Shown here piece by piece: positions 60,899-64,000 of a DNA stretch of 64,000 nucleotides (its first letter is position 1; each line of letters begins with the position of its first letter). A program made the position numbers and the translations under genes. The notes beneath the pieces were generated by a model. That model saw only the letters and a program-made list of their open reading frames with translations. It had not been told where the DNA came from and made no database searches. The DNA is from an uncultured Verrucomicrobiota bacterium. Lineage in GTDB: Bacteria > Verrucomicrobiota > Kiritimatiellia > CAIQIC01 > Lenti-01. The stretch lies in the NCBI GenBank assembly GCA_964526745.1, contig CAZGMQ010000009.1:929-64928 (forward strand), written 5' to 3'.

Positions 60899-61233
60899 TG
60901 ATGGAACAAATGACACTGGTCCCTCGCAAAGAGACTTCCGCCGAGGCCGATGCCCCGGTCCTGTCCCGGCATCTGTATCTGGCAATGGAATGGCGCAAGC
61001 GCAAGGAGCTGATGGAGGCTCTCGGCTGGCCTGACTGGCGGATCCGCCATGCGGCCGAAGCCGCCGGGGGCGATATCATTTTTGGGCAGCGTGGAATGAA
61101 GCACATCCGCCATGCCACCCAGGAGGAATACTGCGCCTTCTGCAACACATTCAAGAGCCAGATCGCGGCCAACAGTCTCCGCCTGGTAACCACGCAGCAG
61201 AAATGGCACAAATTCAACGCAGGCCCGGCATGA
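60895..61233 (+). CDS. Hypothetical protein.
   Basis: ORF track; ATGA-type overlap with the upstream gene. Confidence 0.35.
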   Translation: MMMEQMTLVPRKETSAEADAPVLSRHLYLAMEWRKRKELMEALGWPDWRIRHAAEAAGGDIIFGQRGMKHIRHATQEEYCAFCNTFKSQIAANSLRLVTTQQKWHKFNAGPA

Positions 61234-61541
61234 ATGAATCCAAAGCCGATCAAGAAGTCGAAGAGGCCATCCGGATGATTGGCGCGGCGCCAGGTGTTCA
61301 ACCAAAACTGTATTTCCGGACAAGAAATCTTCCATGGTATGGAAAAATGTTTCGCGGATTTTCCACAGTATGGAAGAAATGTTTCCATAGTGTGGAAAGT
61401 GATCAGCCGCGGGAACACTGCGCAGATATAATGAAACGCGCCTTTGCAGCGTATGGCTATGCCGACGCTTCGCCTTGGAACCCGACACCGCGCGCCACTC
61501 TCCGCAAACTCCGCTCCGGATCCATGGAGGAAGTGTCATGA
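61203..61541 (+). CDS. Hypothetical protein carrying an in-frame 78-bp insertion of the palindromic repeat (copy C).
   Basis: The ORF reads through 61326-61400 as ...NLPWYGKMFRGFSTVWKKCFHSVES... Confidence 0.3.
   Translation: MAQIQRRPGMNESKADQEVEEAIRMIGAAPGVQPKLYFRTRNLPWYGKMFRGFSTVWKKCFHSVESDQPREHCADIMKRAFAAYGYADASPWNPTPRATLRKLRSGSMEEVS
61326..61400. repeat. Three-box palindromic repeat element, copy C.
   Basis: TCTTCCATGGTATGGAAAAA / TTTTCCACAGTATGGAAGAAA / TTTCCATAGTGTGGAAAG; same orientation as copy B. Confidence 0.85.
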
Positions 61542-62112
61542 AAGACCGGTGCAGGAAATCCAGGATCGATAGGCGTCAGTTCATTCGGATGCGGAATGGG
61601 AGCTTAATTGTTGTATTGGGCACCGTGAGGTGTGAAATCGCACGTGGATTCACCCCGCCGGGCCTGACGGAATATATCCGAATGCTTGATCTGGATCTGC
61701 CTGTGAACTCCTTATTTGATTTCATGGCTCCGAAGGTGTCGGCATCCAACCCGTGGATTGGGAGAACGTCATGCTGAAGGTACTAGGGACATTGTTATTT
61801 ATTGGAATCGTCGTCGGCTTGATGGCGTGGTGGCCGTCGCGTGAGAAAACGCTGGGTGAGTTGAAAGATGAGCTGGAGGCCAGGGATGAGGCATGAGCGT
61901 CCAACAGCAGGCGGATGCGATGCAATGTCGTGGTCATACGGTGAGCCAGAACCATGCAGTCGAAAGGCACTATGGAGAATTGACGGCCACGATCTTTGTC
62001 TGCGTCACGCTCAAATTGTAGCGATGGGTCAGGCGGTTAAAAGCAATTCGGCTGTTCCAATAAACAGGCCGTGTAAAAGCGATGGAATTCTATTCATTCA
62101 GAAGAAAAGAGG

Positions 62113-62508
62113 TTGAGGATGTTCTACGAGGAAAGAATTATCGAAGGTCAGTTGTGCTATCGCACATCTCCGAAGCACGGATTTCAACCCTGTACGCTGG
62201 AGCAGCTCACAAAAAAGCTGACCAAATCCCGCGAAGAAATCGAAAAGCTGAAATCCGATGTGGAATTCCACGCATGGGAAGTACCAGGCTTCTGGCAGGG
62301 CGAACTCGACAAGGCAAACGGGAGGGCCGCCAAATATCGAACAAAGTGGGCAGAGGTGAGTCGGATTCTCATGGGGCTACAGGCTGAGCTTGTGGCTTCT
62401 TCCAACCCCGCCGTCAGGGGCGGCGCACCTTGTGTGCCGTACTCTGGACGTGCTTGTGTACGCCCAGCATGGGCGCGAACTAATGGGGTTAAAGTCCCCT
62501 GTATGTGA
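62113..62508 (+). CDS. Hypothetical protein whose 3' part is probably interrupted by the group II intron.
   Basis: The ORF continues into intron-like sequence after about 62432-62456. Confidence 0.3.
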   Translation: MRMFYEERIIEGQLCYRTSPKHGFQPCTLEQLTKKLTKSREEIEKLKSDVEFHAWEVPGFWQGELDKANGRAAKYRTKWAEVSRILMGLQAELVASSNPAVRGGAPCVPYSGRACVRPAWARTNGVKVPCM

Positions 62509-64000
62509 ACCACTCATCGCTATAGAGCGTAGAGAAAATACTAGATGAAGGCAACTGCGGAAGGGTAACCGACCGTGGAGAGGAAGCCGGAGTTCAACAT
62601 TGTGAGCCTACGAACAGAAACAGCATATCAGGCCGACGAGCCGGGCAAGGTGGCACAACACACCGACGCCCATGGTTCAGGCTCGCAGGTAAATGCTGAG
62701 GTTGCACAGTTGCAGTTCGCGTTCTTATCTGGGGAGGTCCCGATGCCGCAAGGCGGTCGGGAAGTCAGCCGAAGGCATAGTACCCCACAGGCCCGTGGGG
62801 GAAGGCCCGAACCGGACAGGTGCATCTCGACCACCGACCCGCAGCCGACCGCGCAGAGTCCGAAGGGGCTAGCGATCGTGCTGGAGGAGTCGAATGGGAA
62901 GCATGGAGGGGCACAGGTCAACCAACTGGAACAGATCCTATCTCGGGAGAACATGCAGATGGCATGGAAACGGGTAAAGGCCAACAAAGGGGCGGCAGGT
63001 ATGGACGGCATGTCCATTGATGCCTTTCCCACGTTTGCCCGTCAACACTGGGAGCGGATCCGTTCAGCGCTTGAAAGGGGCGCCTATCGCCCGGCAGCGG
63101 TGCTGCGGGTGATGATTCCAAAAGCCACCGGAGGGCAGCGCCCTCTGGGAATCCCCACCGTGTTGGATCGAGTGATTCAACAAGCCATCGCCCAGGTCAT
63201 CGGACCTCTCTTCGACCCGCACTTCAGCACTCACAGCTACGGCTTTCGGCCGAAGCGGAGCGCGAGAATGGCACTGGAGGAGATGGAACGAGCCCATGGC
63301 GAGGGTCTACGCTTTGCCGTAGACTGCGACTTGAAGAGCTTCTTCGACACGGTGAACCATGGCTTGCTGATGAACAGGCTGGGGAGGAAGATACACGACA
63401 AGCGGGTGCTACGGCTGATCAGTCGCTACCTCAATGCCGGTGTCATCCTGCCAGATGGAGAGAGAGAGCCTACGCCATGCGGCGTGCCTCAGGGCGGCCC
63501 GCTCTCTCCGCTGCTGGCCAACGTCATGCTCGACGATCTGGATAAGGAGTTGGAAAAGCGAGAACTGCGGTTTACGCGCTATGCCGACGACTTTCTGATC
63601 TTCGTGCGCAGCCGGTCTGCCGCACAGCGTGTGCTGCGGTCGGTTGGACGGTTCATTGAAGGCAAGCTGGACCTGGTCATCAATCAGACAAAGAGCAAGG
63701 CGGCGCGCTTAGGCGAATGCACCTTCCTTGGGTTCACGATGAGCAGGGGGAAGCTGAAATGGACCGATGCCGCCGTGCAGCGGTTCAAGGAGCGCGTCAG
63801 AGAAATCACCAACCGAAGCAACGGGAAGAGTATGCGCCAGCGCATTCCCATCCTGCGCAGATATGTGATTGGCTGGTTGAACTACTACGGCCACAGCCAC
63901 AGCTATACGCAACTGCTCAAACTCGACCAATGGCTGCGCCGCCGTGTGCGGCTTTGCTATTGGAAACAGTGGAAGCGACCGCGAACCCGAAGGCGGCATC
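62432..64000 (+). mobile_element. Group II intron, 5' portion: domains I-III and the start of domain IV with its reverse-transcriptase ORF.
   Basis: GUGUG at 62432 or GUGUA at 62456, followed by CGCCCAGCAUGGGCG (like the Ll.LtrB 5' end GUGCGCCCAGAUAGGGUG). Structured RNA with GGUUAAAGUCCCCUG-type motifs, then the RT ORF. Confidence 0.75.
62878..64000 (+). CDS. Group II intron reverse transcriptase/maturase (partial, runs off the window).
   Basis: Open frame from 62524 to the window end. LEQILSRENMQMAWKRVKANKGAAGMDGMS (RT0/1), RPLGIPTVLDRVIQQA (RT2), GFRPKRSA (RT3), YADDFLIFV (RT5). Start is ambiguous: GTG at 62878 or ATG at 62743. Absent from the ORF track because it has no stop in the window. 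Confidence 0.85.
   Translation, partial: MLEESNGKHGGAQVNQLEQILSRENMQMAWKRVKANKGAAGMDGMSIDAFPTFARQHWERIRSALERGAYRPAAVLRVMIPKATGGQRPLGIPTVLDRVIQQAIAQVIGPLFDPHFSTHSYGFRPKRSARMALEEMERAHGEGLRFAVDCDLKSFFDTVNHGLLMNRLGRKIHDKRVLRLISRYLNAGVILPDGEREPTPCGVPQGGPLSPLLANVMLDDLDKELEKRELRFTRYADDFLIFVRSRSAAQRVLRSVGRFIEGKLDLVINQTKSKAARLGECTFLGFTMSRGKLKWTDAAVQRFKERVREITNRSNGKSMRQRIPILRRYVIGWLNYYGHSHSYTQLLKLDQWLRRRVRLCYWKQWKRPRTRRRH

Larger units (their letters stand above)
43500..64000. mobile_element. Phage-derived accessory region: packaging/lysis genes on the minus strand and a Mu-like early operon on the plus strand. No capsid or tail genes in the window. Interrupted by a group II intron at the right edge.
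   Basis: Gene content listed below. The left border is marked by the AAGGGTCTG repeats; the right border lies outside the window. Confidence 0.6.

Overview
This is a high-GC (about 58-60%) bacterial window. The gene content suggests a PVC-superphylum-like organism (Verrucomicrobia, Kiritimatiellae or Lentisphaerae type): a prepilin-type H-X9-DG protein, an arylsulfatase with its anaerobic maturase, and a giant secreted LTD/CBM-type surface protein.

Left part, about 1-43 kb. This is ordinary host DNA. It contains: (a) a giant surface protein that runs off the left edge and is absent from the supplied ORF track; (b) a low-GC secreted-protein gene flanked by phased A-tract repeats; (c) the sulfatase/anSME pair; (d) a lipid-homeostasis cluster (STAS-MlaE, MlaF, MlaD, PqiC-like lipoprotein, two patatins, cardiolipin synthase and a PlpD-like type Vd patatin autotransporter); (e) gltS and argS; (f) a GxxExxY ORF bounded by inverted repeats; (g) the nusA-infB-rbfA-truB-ribF operon; (h) a cobalamin riboswitch ahead of a DUF4465-like secreted protein.

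Right part, about 43.5-64 kb. This is a phage-derived accessory region. On the minus strand it carries a Dam methylase, a frameshift-split Mu-gp29-like portal, terminase large subunit, a Mu-gp27-like small terminase, and a lysis-like cassette. That cassette holds a spanin, a secreted lipoprotein, a standalone caspase-like (C14) protease and an NlpC/P60 peptidase. A divergent repressor/Ner-like control region follows. On the plus strand is a Mu-like early operon (ParB-like, an A-like protein, a MuB-like ATPase, a DUF3164-like protein and small ORFs). It is interrupted at the right edge by a group II intron whose reverse transcriptase also runs off the window and is missing from the ORF track.

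No capsid or tail genes are present in the window, so this is either a decayed or rearranged transposable prophage, or an unusual phage-derived element.

Repeats. A roughly 75-bp three-box palindromic repeat occurs three times. A cluster of AAGGGTCTG motifs marks the left border of the phage block. No CRISPR, rRNA or tRNA was detected.
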